Of a DNA stretch of 64,000 bases, positions 35,928 to 45,063 are shown one piece after another; position 1 is the stretch's first letter; every line of letters starts with the position of its first letter. The translations under genes were made by a program, and so were the position numbers. The notes under the pieces were generated by a model, which saw nothing but the letters and a program-made list of their open reading frames with translations, was not told where the DNA came from and ran no database searches. Source of the DNA: Escherichia phage momo; sequence record MN850580.1, one strand, 5' to 3'.

Positions 35928-37709
35928 TTAAAGCTGCTTGTCAATATTATTTCGAATATCTCCAAGAGTTGTATAACCGAACTGCTCAGAGTCGCTAAAG
36001 ACTAAACGTAAAGCACAAGCTTGGTGGTCAAGTACATCTGCAAAACTCTGGAATCCATAGCCATCTACAGCTTTCAGCTTATCACCATCCCACATAGGTG
36101 CTACACCACCAAAGGCAGATTTCTTAACACCACTATCTGTTTTAGGGTCTTTTGCAAGCATAATCTCTTTACCACCAATGCTTGCAAGAGTTGCTTTGAC
36201 AGCAAATGCGAAGGTGTCACGAGTCATGTACTGGTAAGTGTAAGAGCCTACACCAAACACTACGTTAGAGCTTGCAAAACCCATTTCATACAGACGCTTC
36301 AGGATTTCGTTTGCACGTTCCAGCGTGATAGAGTCACCATAGATAAGGCCGATGTGCTCATCCAGTACCTTAAACCCTTTAGAGTTAATAGTCCCTCCGA
36401 AGATGTTGTACAGGGTCTTAATAGCTCCATCAATCTCAGCTACAGGACGTGTTACAACGTTTGCAGAACCAACCATATAAGCGTTTTTCAACAGCACTGT
36501 ATCAGCAACTTCAAAGTCTTCTCTGTCAACAACCATTTCGTAGCCTTCTGACAGTAGCCATCCAGCAATACCATAATTGATGTTTTCAAGCTTCATGTTC
36601 AGAACAGCATTCAACATTGTGTCGCTGGCTTCAAGCTTGCTTAAGTGTTTGTAATAAGCCTTTTTAGCACATTCTAAGTGGATTGCTTTATAACCTGTGA
36701 CAATATGTACAGGGTCTCCAGAGTCAGGACGAATTACCAGTTTGCCATCACGTTCCATAATTTCTTTACGAAGTGCTGGTAAAATTTCTGACACAGTTCT
36801 CCAGAAGTTATAAGTGTCTGAAACAACACTTGCAATACCAGTTGGGTAAGTTTCTGTTAAGAAACGACGGAAGGTTTGTAACTCACCTTTAAAGCGTCTT
36901 TCTTCTTCAATCAACTCATTACCACCTTCCCAAGCAATGTTTGCACACATTACAGAGTGCTCAGTGGCTGGTACAGAGCTACCAATATCAGAGATTGGGT
37001 AGGACTGTCCATAGATTCGTTTAGCCGTATACACAGCAGGGAAGCTATCAGTTCCTTTAAAGCTGGTTAAGTGGCCTACAGCGTTAAATGCGTCATCAGT
37101 AAAGCCGGACATACCACGCATAGCAAAGTCATGGCACTGATAAGGCAAATGCAAGTCGTTGTCACAAGTAAGGTCAGCCCACTTCTTACAGATACGTTTG
37201 TAGTGCAATGCAATAGTTGCAATGGTACAAGCCTTCCAAATCTCAGCAGAGAAAGCATCTTCCAGATACCCCGCTACCCAATGGAAGCCTGAAACAGTGT
37301 TCTGGAAGACAATCATTGGGACGCGCATAGGGACAACTGTACCTTCTTCTACAGCGTATACTTCAACTGGTAGATAACCTAAGTCGTGAAGTGCTTCCCA
37401 GTGCTCTCGACCGATAGCATCTTTACCCAGAACACCATTCATGACTTCTAAGATTTCATCAATGGCTTCTTTTTTATCACGTTCAAAGAAAGTGGCGTTC
37501 CAGTGGTCTATCAAGTAATCTTTAACGAAACGTTGAATACCAAAAGCCACTACACCGTCAATTGCCAAAGGGCTGTTAAACCATTTATCACTACGTGGTG
37601 TCAGGTTCAACATAAGATATTGCGTAGCATCTGGATACTGATATATATGTGATGCCTTGTAAGCATCTGCATTAAGACCTGCTGGTACTGCGTAAAGTGA
37701 TTTAGTCAT
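35928..37709 (-). CDS. nicotinamide phosphoribosyltransferase (NAMPT/NadV) family protein; candidate Namat-like enzyme
   Basis: AYKASHIYQYP, HDFAMRG, LTSFKGTD, PATEHS, RPDSGDP match NAMPT motifs as recalled; 593 aa. Confidence 0.75.
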   Translation of the reverse strand: MTKSLYAVPAGLNADAYKASHIYQYPDATQYLMLNLTPRSDKWFNSPLAIDGVVAFGIQRFVKDYLIDHWNATFFERDKKEAIDEILEVMNGVLGKDAIGREHWEALHDLGYLPVEVYAVEEGTVVPMRVPMIVFQNTVSGFHWVAGYLEDAFSAEIWKACTIATIALHYKRICKKWADLTCDNDLHLPYQCHDFAMRGMSGFTDDAFNAVGHLTSFKGTDSFPAVYTAKRIYGQSYPISDIGSSVPATEHSVMCANIAWEGGNELIEEERRFKGELQTFRRFLTETYPTGIASVVSDTYNFWRTVSEILPALRKEIMERDGKLVIRPDSGDPVHIVTGYKAIHLECAKKAYYKHLSKLEASDTMLNAVLNMKLENINYGIAGWLLSEGYEMVVDREDFEVADTVLLKNAYMVGSANVVTRPVAEIDGAIKTLYNIFGGTINSKGFKVLDEHIGLIYGDSITLERANEILKRLYEMGFASSNVVFGVGSYTYQYMTRDTFAFAVKATLASIGGKEIMLAKDPKTDSGVKKSAFGGVAPMWDGDKLKAVDGYGFQSFADVLDHQACALRLVFSDSEQFGYTTLGDIRNNIDKQL

Positions 37710-37754
37710 CTTTTAATCTCTCTCAAAGTGGGGCTTTCAAGCCCCTATAAAGTT

Positions 37755-38651
37755 TCAATCAATGGTTGCTACAGTAACTTGGGCGTAATGTGTTAAGCCA
37801 CGGTCTTTAGCTTCACCTAAAGTGTTTGTAGTGTAGATATGGTCAATACCGTTGTCAAGTAAGTTTTCAACACCTTTAGAGAAAATACCATGAGTTACAT
37901 AGAGTTCCACACGTTTTGCACCTGCTTCACGTAGGTGTTTAGCTGCCTCTACGAAGGTTCGACCACCATCACAGATATCATCAAGAATCATGACAGTTTT
38001 ATCGGTCAAATCAACATCGTCAAGGATTCGCATACCAGTGATTTCTCCAGTCTTAAGATTGCGCACCTTAGACATTGTGATATACGGTTTATCCACCTCT
38101 TTAGCGGTATCTTCAGTCTTCTTAGCTGCACCTGCATCTGGGGCTACCAAGAAATCAATGCGTGGGTCACTTGCAAAGTGTACTGCCACATCTTTTTGCT
38201 TCATGCTTTGAAAGCACTTAAATAAGTTTTCTGCAACATTACTGTGAGGGTCAAGAGCACATACTGCATCAAAACCCATTGCATTAACTAGGTTGGCAAA
38301 GACTTTCAGTGCTGCTGCATCACCTTTGAACATGTGGCGGTCATATCGAGCATTTGGTAAGAACCCGAAAACAACGGTTTTCATCGCTGATTTCTGGGGA
38401 ACAAGACTGTCAACGGCATCCTTAGCCAAAGCTAATGCAAACAGTGTATCTTTGTCATATCCCTGTACAGTAATTATAACATTATCAATCTTACCAGCAT
38501 TACGCTCAGTAAACTTAACAAAATCTTCAGAGAAGTTTCCACCAATTTCTCCAGATGGGAATTGAATGATATTAAATTTTTCTGTGTGGAAGAATTTCTC
38601 TTGAGCGGTGACGACGGCTTCAATAACAGTTTTCATAGTTTTCTCTCTCAA
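37755..38651 (-). CDS. ribose-phosphate pyrophosphokinase (Prs) family protein; candidate Adps-like enzyme
   Basis: LDPHSNVAENLF, VAPDAGAAKK and ILDDICDGGRTFVEAAKHLREAGAKRVELYVTHGIFS match Prs PRPP-binding region. Confidence 0.75.
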   Translation of the reverse strand: MREKTMKTVIEAVVTAQEKFFHTEKFNIIQFPSGEIGGNFSEDFVKFTERNAGKIDNVIITVQGYDKDTLFALALAKDAVDSLVPQKSAMKTVVFGFLPNARYDRHMFKGDAAALKVFANLVNAMGFDAVCALDPHSNVAENLFKCFQSMKQKDVAVHFASDPRIDFLVAPDAGAAKKTEDTAKEVDKPYITMSKVRNLKTGEITGMRILDDVDLTDKTVMILDDICDGGRTFVEAAKHLREAGAKRVELYVTHGIFSKGVENLLDNGIDHIYTTNTLGEAKDRGLTHYAQVTVATID

Positions 38652-38926
38652 TCAAAAGTTACGTTTGTTACTGCCATTGCAGATTTGCATTTTGCAGGGT
38701 CTACAACGTGATAAAGTACACTACAGTTACCTGTGCTGTCTGGTACAGGCTTTACCCATTGCTGCTTTATATTTGGCTCCCCTAAGTCTTTGTAAGAGCC
38801 ATCTGTAAAGTTGTTTACCATCTCAAGTGCAATTGGTTCTGGAACATGCCCACGTATCATGTACATTTCACAACCATTACCGCCTTCACTGACTAATGGT
38901 AAAATCTCCCACTTCTCTTTAGCCAT
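38648..38926 (-). CDS. hypothetical protein
   Basis: 92-aa ORF. Confidence 0.4.
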   Translation of the reverse strand: MAKEKWEILPLVSEGGNGCEMYMIRGHVPEPIALEMVNNFTDGSYKDLGEPNIKQQWVKPVPDSTGNCSVLYHVVDPAKCKSAMAVTNVTFD

Positions 38927-39434
38927 TGTAAGTTGCCCTATAAACTGTCTCGAACTTCAACAGGAGAGATATTGCCAAATCTGTATAGTTGTTGTCAAGC
39001 ACATCTGGCATATTATTTTTGATATATTTCTCTTGCTCTTCATAGGTCATCTTAGGTGTGCTTAGAAGGTTATCTCCCTGCTTCTGGTTATCAAGTTTAG
39101 TCTGGATAAACCAGTTTGCACAGTGATGCTCACCACCCTTTGTAACAGGTTTGTGGTGGCCTAATGTGAAGGATTGACTACCTGTGTATCTACAAAGCTT
39201 ATTGAGCACTGCAATGGTGTTCTTCACAACAAAACATTCATACAGGTTATCTATAGTGTAGTGTGGGTAATAACGGAATAGTACTCTTTCACGAGTACTT
39301 TCACGATTCCAGAGAATCATGTGATTGGAGTTTGAGGGGTCGTATTGGTGGGAGTCAATGAACTCTTGACGTTCCTCAAAGCTAAGTCTTAACACTGACA
39401 TTGCAGCAGAACGTTTTAGGTTTGACAGATACAT
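38919..39434 (-). CDS. putative HNH endonuclease
   Basis: GHHKPVTKGGEHHCANW...N motif typical of HNH nucleases. Confidence 0.5.
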   Translation of the reverse strand: MYLSNLKRSAAMSVLRLSFEERQEFIDSHQYDPSNSNHMILWNRESTRERVLFRYYPHYTIDNLYECFVVKNTIAVLNKLCRYTGSQSFTLGHHKPVTKGGEHHCANWFIQTKLDNQKQGDNLLSTPKMTYEEQEKYIKNNMPDVLDNNYTDLAISLLLKFETVYRATYNG

Positions 39435-39485
39435 ATCATCTCCAAAATAAAAAGGGAACTGTAAAGGTTCCCTTATAGTATCTGT

Positions 39486-39806
39486 TTACTGAGCTACTTT
39501 CAAGATGCTTGTGAATGAAATCTCACTCTCATCCATAAACTCTTTTGCTTCTCCAGTAACTTTTACAAAGTTATCTAGGCAGATAATCTTCTTATCTTTC
39601 TTGCTATAGGTTAGCTTGACCTTTTCAATATCTTTCTTAGAGTTTTTCTCTTCATTAAAGAGCTTCACAGCTTCTTTAAATGGTAGGTATGAACCATCAT
39701 CATCGCTAATAAAACCTGTGCCGCAATAGTAGAAGTTATATTCTTTAGCCATAAACTGGCACAGTACGAAAATCTGTAATTTGCGAGTGTTATATACTTT
39801 GCTCAT
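39486..39806 (-). CDS. hypothetical protein
   Basis: 106-aa ORF. Confidence 0.4.
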   Translation of the reverse strand: MSKVYNTRKLQIFVLCQFMAKEYNFYYCGTGFISDDDGSYLPFKEAVKLFNEEKNSKKDIEKVKLTYSKKDKKIICLDNFVKVTGEAKEFMDESEISFTSILKVAQ

Positions 39807-39808
39807 GA

Positions 39809-40075
39809 TTATTTAACCTTCTTATTACGTTTACGGTTACGAGCTTTCTTAGCTGCTCGTTTAATAGCTGCTGCACCAGACTGGTGGTGAGCTTGTTTCT
39901 TACCACCTTTACCACGTCCTACGTAGATGTAAGGCTGCTGTTCAATTTGGCTTGTAAGAACCTGTGCAACCGCTGAAGCATCTACACCGACCTGCTTTCC
40001 AGTCATAGAAATGATTGCTGCTGCTTTTGCCAGTGCCTTCAAGAAGCCAGCCTTCATATTACCTAAAATTCCCAT
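39809..40075 (-). CDS. hypothetical small basic protein
   Basis: 88 aa, Lys/Arg-rich C-terminus. Confidence 0.4.
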   Translation of the reverse strand: MGILGNMKAGFLKALAKAAAIISMTGKQVGVDASAVAQVLTSQIEQQPYIYVGRGKGGKKQAHHQSGAAAIKRAAKKARNRKRNKKVK

Positions 40076-40090
40076 TTTTAGTCTCTCTCA

Positions 40091-40447
40091 TTAAAGTTTA
40101 ATACAGAACTTATGGAGTTCTTCTTCAGTGATACCGATTGAAGTTACACCTTCTCTGATGTTTTGAATCCTGTAGAAGTCTCCAAATTTATCTGACTCGT
40201 GTATGGCAAAGGTGACATTCTTTACAATCGTTGCAAGAGCACATAATGAATGTGCACCAAATTTTTCTCTTGTATAAATAATCCAGGCATCTAACTTGTT
40301 GATGTCATAAGTCCACTTGCCAGAATAATCATTCTGCTCGCCATTGACAATCGCCTTGCCATCCATACTCTTTTCTCCAGAGGTTTTGGTTATCAGAACC
40401 ACGATATGGTTTAACTGTTGGTTTAGACGAATCATACTTACCATCAA
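40091..40447 (-). CDS. hypothetical protein
   Basis: 118-aa ORF; 5' end overlaps nrdG, true start probably internal. Confidence 0.3.
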   Translation of the reverse strand: MMVSMIRLNQQLNHIVVLITKTSGEKSMDGKAIVNGEQNDYSGKWTYDINKLDAWIIYTREKFGAHSLCALATIVKNVTFAIHESDKFGDFYRIQNIREGVTSIGITEEELHKFCIKL

Positions 40448-40814
40448 TCACCACGTCAACATATTTCATCACATCTAAGTGGATTTTTTCGTGCAGTTGA
40501 AAACCTGTCCAGAGCCATATAGTCTTCTCTGGGTAAACAGTTTTAACACGTTTGCATATGTCGGTAACCTCTTGAATATTTCTATCATCCAGAGGTTCTC
40601 CACCAAGTATTGACAGCCCACTGACAGCATCGTCACCCATTAACTGGATGACTCCGTATAGGTTTGCATAAGTAAATACTTTACCAGCATTAAACTTCCA
40701 AGACTCCCTGTTAAAGCAGCCTTCACAGTGATGTTTACAGCCAGCTACGAAGAGGCTTACACGAACCCCTTCACCATTAGCTGTGTCAAATGGTCTAATC
40801 TCCATGTAATTCAT
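40329..40814 (-). CDS. nrdG: anaerobic ribonucleotide reductase activating protein (radical SAM)
   Basis: CKHHCEGC radical-SAM cysteine motif near N-terminus; 161 aa. Confidence 0.75.
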   Translation of the reverse strand: MNYMEIRPFDTANGEGVRVSLFVAGCKHHCEGCFNRESWKFNAGKVFTYANLYGVIQLMGDDAVSGLSILGGEPLDDRNIQEVTDICKRVKTVYPEKTIWLWTGFQLHEKIHLDVMKYVDVVIDGKYDSSKPTVKPYRGSDNQNLWRKEYGWQGDCQWRAE

Positions 40815-40823
40815 CTAGTTACC

Positions 40824-41123
40824 TCACCAATACATATAAGTGCTCTGAGCAGCTTTCTTTGGAGACTTGCTGTCAATGTCAAAGTATTCATCTAAGAAAG
40901 ATGTCTTAGAAAGCTGCCTTATTTGTGTTCTTGTAAGACGTTTAGTAGCCTTCTTAATCTCTCTACAAGGTTGGCTTGTAAAGTCATAAGAGCCACCTTT
41001 TCTGGACATCATATCAGAATGGAAGTAGACATCTGAAGCGTTTTCTCTGTTACGTACCTCATTTCTCCACTCATAAAGCCCATGAACGTTCTTTAAACCT
41101 TTTCTTCGAATTGTTTTACTCAT
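40824..41123 (-). CDS. hypothetical protein
   Basis: 99-aa ORF. Confidence 0.4.
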   Translation of the reverse strand: MSKTIRRKGLKNVHGLYEWRNEVRNRENASDVYFHSDMMSRKGGSYDFTSQPCREIKKATKRLTRTQIRQLSKTSFLDEYFDIDSKSPKKAAQSTYMYW

Positions 41124-41515
41124 TCAAACACCACCTGACAAGGAACCTGTTTAGTAATAAATTCTTCACAGTGCTCTTTAATGAAGTTTTGTAATGGTAC
41201 ACAATCTTGTGCGCAAGTCATTAGCATAATGTACTCTGGATTCATGATGTTTTCAAGGGTGTAGAAGATAACATCGTCAGATAGCTCATGACCATCCTCT
41301 TCAGACCAAGTTCCAGAGACTACAGCCAGTTTATCAAGTAATTCATTAGGTAATGCTACACCATCTTCTACAGAATCACTTAGAACGTTGTCGCTGATGT
41401 ACAATGTGAAGACCGTGTGGAATGTTGAGTATCTTACGTGATTCTTTTCGCAAGAGCCACACTCTGAGGCGTAATCTTTAATCCACTCTAACTGTTTTTG
41501 GTTTAACTTAATCAT
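41120..41515 (-). CDS. hypothetical protein
   Basis: 131-aa ORF. Confidence 0.4.
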   Translation of the reverse strand: MIKLNQKQLEWIKDYASECGSCEKNHVRYSTFHTVFTLYISDNVLSDSVEDGVALPNELLDKLAVVSGTWSEEDGHELSDDVIFYTLENIMNPEYIMLMTCAQDCVPLQNFIKEHCEEFITKQVPCQVVFE

Positions 41516-41727
41516 AATTTCACCTTAGTTGGTAATGCACTGAATGCTATAGCTAACCCTAAAAATGGTTTGAAGCATGACCATAAATCCATCTTACCAT
41601 GATATGAGAAATTCCATTGTGGGTCTGAAAAACCCCATACCATAACACTAACACCAAAGAAGAAGATTACTATGTGTAGTATGGGTGTCAATACCTTTAA
41701 GATTGTTGTCATTGTTAATTCCACCAT
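41512..41727 (-). CDS. hypothetical membrane protein
   Basis: 71 aa with two hydrophobic segments. Confidence 0.35.
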   Translation of the reverse strand: MVELTMTTILKVLTPILHIVIFFFGVSVMVWGFSDPQWNFSYHGKMDLWSCFKPFLGLAIAFSALPTKVKL

Positions 41728-42101
41728 ATAGTTTTACCATTATCACATGTGTAAAGATACTCTACAGAAGTTTGTGGGACAAGTATAGTGGTGCTACCAC
41801 TAAGTACACTCACAAAATGAGTAACCTCACGATGCTGATGAGTTTTTACACAATTGTTTGCCTCCATCCATATCACAGTTTTGTATGAATAGAACACTGC
41901 CAAGACACAAAGGGCAATAACCCCAACTATCATGGCAAACTCAGGCAAAAAATCTGACTGTATTATGTCTCTAAATCGCATTATTCCAAGAATAAATAAG
42001 ATTATCAGACATACAATCCCACAAGCTGCTACATAAAGCCACAAGTCCATAATGTAACTCCAAATAAAAAGGTGATGTAAGCCTATCAAGACCCACATCA
42101 C
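41715..42101 (-). CDS. hypothetical membrane protein
   Basis: 128 aa, several hydrophobic segments. Confidence 0.35.
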   Translation of the reverse strand: MMWVLIGLHHLFIWSYIMDLWLYVAACGIVCLIILFILGIMRFRDIIQSDFLPEFAMIVGVIALCVLAVFYSYKTVIWMEANNCVKTHQHREVTHFVSVLSGSTTILVPQTSVEYLYTCDNGKTIWWN

Positions 42102-42112
42102 CTTGTCAAGTT

Positions 42113-43060
42113 TTACATAGAAATTCTGTCACGAATCTCAGCGATTTTTGCATCATTCATTCGGGATTCACCTTTAATCTTAGTCCATCCCAAATATCCG
42201 CACACCCTGTTAATCACAGAGATATCGTGTGAATGACAAACCTCACATTCTTCAACATCAGCCTTTGGTCTGTTACCACAATGTTCACAGATTGCTAAGT
42301 CAAAGTTAAGTCCCTGATAGAAACCTTTCAACATCCCTCTTGTAATACAACTTTTAAGTGCTGTTAAGTTTTCTGGGTTAGCTACTCTTACATACTGGAT
42401 TCTACCACCTCTACAGATATGGAAGAATGGCTCTTCTAAGTCCTGCTTCTCAAATGGTGAGATGTCTGCTGCAACATTCATATGGAAACTGTTTGTAAAG
42501 TATTCCTTGTCAGAGACACCTTTAATAACGCCAAACATATCTCTGAACTGTTTTAACTGAGTTCCACAAAGTGATTCTGCTGGAGTGCCATATACCGCAT
42601 ACAAGAAGCCATCTTCGTTCTTAAACTCTTCAGTTTTCATGTTGATGTATGCCAGAACATCATATGCAAAACTATAGCTTCCAACTTCATGAAGTCGTTT
42701 ACCTTCAGCAAGAACAGATAGCTCATCAAGCGCAGTAACCCCAAAAGAAGCTGTGAAGGACTTCACAATATCCCAACCAACCCTGTCAGTAGGCTTCTTA
42801 GTTCCTTTGTACAGACCACCTTGCGTGAATGCAAGAGGGTTAGAACTTGCTGGCATATTAGCAATCATTTCGTAGCGTTTCTTGTGGAAGCTGCGAATCA
42901 TCTCTAGGTACTTATCAAGCTCTTTCCAGAAATCTAAACCATTCTCTTTAGAATACTGGTAAATCATTGGTAAGTTCAAAGATACAGCACCAATGTTAGC
43001 ACGACCTACATAAAACTCTTCACCATGTTCGTTATGGTATGGTGATAAAAATGCTCTACA
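42113..43060 (-). CDS. nrdD: anaerobic ribonucleoside-triphosphate reductase NrdD, exon 2 (C-terminal glycyl-radical domain)
   Basis: C-terminal zinc-ribbon CEHCG...CEVCHSHD and glycyl-radical RVCGYLG; reading frame is open upstream to 43081; proposed exon start at codon TGT gives junction SPMG|CRAFLSP. Confidence 0.6.
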   Translation of the reverse strand, partial: CRAFLSPYHNEHGEEFYVGRANIGAVSLNLPMIYQYSKENGLDFWKELDKYLEMIRSFHKKRYEMIANMPASSNPLAFTQGGLYKGTKKPTDRVGWDIVKSFTASFGVTALDELSVLAEGKRLHEVGSYSFAYDVLAYINMKTEEFKNEDGFLYAVYGTPAESLCGTQLKQFRDMFGVIKGVSDKEYFTNSFHMNVAADISPFEKQDLEEPFFHICRGGRIQYVRVANPENLTALKSCITRGMLKGFYQGLNFDLAICEHCGNRPKADVEECEVCHSHDISVINRVCGYLGWTKIKGESRMNDAKIAEIRDRISM

Positions 43061-43376
43061 CTTGTTGTTCAGGTAAGTTCGCTAAGCTTACCCCGCTTTA
43101 TTCAAGCTGCTTACTGTCGCCAGTAAGTCCAGACTATATCTTCTACTTATTTCTAAGTAGCGTACCATTTCGAGTCGCTTGACCCTACACCGCTACATTC
43201 ATCACGGTTAGTCGTTCGGCATTTAGATGTACTCAAACTCATATTCGAAGTTATTCGGTATGTAAGACTCCTATGTTGTATAGTTTCTTACATCGTACAT
43301 CATTTAGCACAGGATTGTCTACATCTGTAGAGTTTCCCTGTTTAGGCACGTTTTAGATGAGCTATAGAGCTTGTTA
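43061..43376 (-). other. putative self-splicing group I intron in nrdD (no ORF)
   Basis: Interrupts nrdD; starts with in-frame TAA after exon-terminal U; R-like GACTAA and S-like AGATATAGTC elements, GNRA-capped hairpin CTTACTG-GCGA-CAGTAAG, ends in G. Confidence 0.6.
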
Positions 43377-44573
43377 ACCCATCGGTGAAATTACCTTACC
43401 AGAACGCTCAAAAGCCTCTGCTACAGCACCATGTCCAGTTACACTTAAGAAATCTGGATACATCGCTTTAGAGCAACACTCAATAGCTTTTTCAAACAAC
43501 CTTGCTTGGCATACATCAAGCTTATGTCTCGTTTCTTCATAGATATACACAAGTTTAGGGAACACAACAGGTTTTTTGCTTTTTCCTTGCCCGTTCATCC
43601 TTACGTTAAGGATTGTATTGGCAATCATAAACTGAAGACGGTTATCTTCATTGTGCATATCTGGTTCCAACAGACCAAATGTCAGAGTAGTAAATGCAAA
43701 ATCACCGCGACTGCAAGGAACAGTGTTAAGTTTCATTTCAAGAGATTGGAAACCTTGTGTTAACTCATTCTGTAATTGCTCCATTACGTAATTATAGTGT
43801 TGCTCTTTAGGGATTCCGTACTCTTCAGCTTTCTCTGAGTGGTACACTAAAGACTTCTTAGCATACGGTACAAGTACCTTATCAATCTCTGCTAAAGTAA
43901 AGCCACCAAATTGCTGTGCAGTTGCTGAAAGAACTACATCACCAATAACCTGTAAGGCTGACAGCACAGACTTCGGTTCACAGTATTCAATGCCAGACAT
44001 TTCAAAGCCACCTTTCAGCACTTTACCAATGTCAAACAGGCAACAGTTGATACCACCAAAAATTAGGTCTCTTAAATCATGGATATAGATAAACCCTTTT
44101 TCAATGGCTTCAAGTTCCTCTGGTGTTAAATGGTACTGTTTAAAGATTTCTTTAGTCAGGTAACCACGGATAATTGAACCTTTCGTAGAAATTAAACTGC
44201 TGTCAAAGTTAGCATTTTCACGGTCACCTAAGAAGAGTGTATCTTTAGTCTTCTGGTAGAGTTCATCCCAATTTTGAGCAACCTCTTTACGGTAATTTCT
44301 GTATGTTGAGTAAGACTCATAAATCTCGTGATTAACTTCTGCCAAAGCACCTTCAACAATACTGTGAATATCATTTACCGAGATAAGCAAATTATTCTGC
44401 TTAGTGGACTTTACCAAAATCCTCATGAATGCTGACTCAAGAGCTTGGGTAACATCTGGTGGAAGTTCTTTATATCCAACCCTGTTAGCTGACTTAGCTA
44501 CTGCTGCTAAAACTTTTTTTATATCAGGTTCTTCAAGTGAGCCGTTCTTTTTAATAATCTGTACTTTGTTCAT
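43377..44573 (-). CDS. nrdD: anaerobic ribonucleoside-triphosphate reductase NrdD, exon 1 (N-terminal ATP-cone and core)
   Basis: ATP-cone-like N-terminus (IIKKNGSLEEPDIKKV); spliced product about 714 aa, matching class III RNR size. Confidence 0.65.
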
Positions 44574-44590
44574 TATTGCCCCTTTACATG

Positions 44591-44613
44591 CTAAAAAGGT
44601 CTCCGAAGAGACC
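44591..44613 (-). terminator. terminator / attenuator upstream of nrdD
   Basis: Minus strand GGTCTC-TTCG-GAGACC followed by TTTTT. Confidence 0.5.
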
Positions 44614-44621
44614 CTTTCATT

Positions 44622-44828
44622 TTAAATCTTTTTAGAAAACTTTGAAACGAGTTTTCTTAGTTTTTCAGTGATGCCTAGCTGTATCTCTAATATTTCAAAG
44701 ATAACCCATAGTAACATGGCTCCAAACAATGAACCTTGTTCAAAATCAGTAAATAGGTTAACGATAAGCATACCAATCACAATAGCTGGTGCATCAACAA
44801 CCAAACCTTCCCAAATGCGTTTAAGCAT
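44622..44828 (-). CDS. hypothetical small membrane protein
   Basis: 68 aa, hydrophobic. Confidence 0.35.
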   Translation of the reverse strand: MLKRIWEGLVVDAPAIVIGMLIVNLFTDFEQGSLFGAMLLWVIFEILEIQLGITEKLRKLVSKFSKKI

Positions 44829-45063
44829 TATTCACCTCTGCCATAAAATTCTGTAGCATACCAACAGGTTTTAGGTTTTGCCCATCAGTTTTCATGATGA
44901 ATGGCATCTGACGAACTGGCATCTGTGCAATAGCAATCAGGTCTGACAGTTCATAGTCCTGCCCTAACATTCTCACAACATGGTCAATACCACGAGCTTT
45001 TGCAAAATTCTTTGCAGTCTCGCACTGAGGGCATCCAGTTTTGGAGTAAATTACATAAGTCAT
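44821..45063 (-). CDS. glutaredoxin/thioredoxin-like protein
   Basis: CPQC redox motif near N-terminus; 80 aa; adjacent to nrdB. Confidence 0.6.
   Translation of the reverse strand: MTYVIYSKTGCPQCETAKNFAKARGIDHVVRMLGQDYELSDLIAIAQMPVRQMPFIMKTDGQNLKPVGMLQNFMAEVNNA

Noticed and set aside
37710-37755. Hairpin GGGGCTT-TCAA-GCCCC between the Prs-like and NAMPT-like genes as a terminator
   Set aside because: Not followed by a U-run on the coding strand; more likely a processing or stability element
43506-43763. Plus-strand ORFs antisense to nrdD, nrdA (47114-47296, 47534-47722) and other large genes
   Set aside because: Embedded antisense within well-supported genes; no start signals
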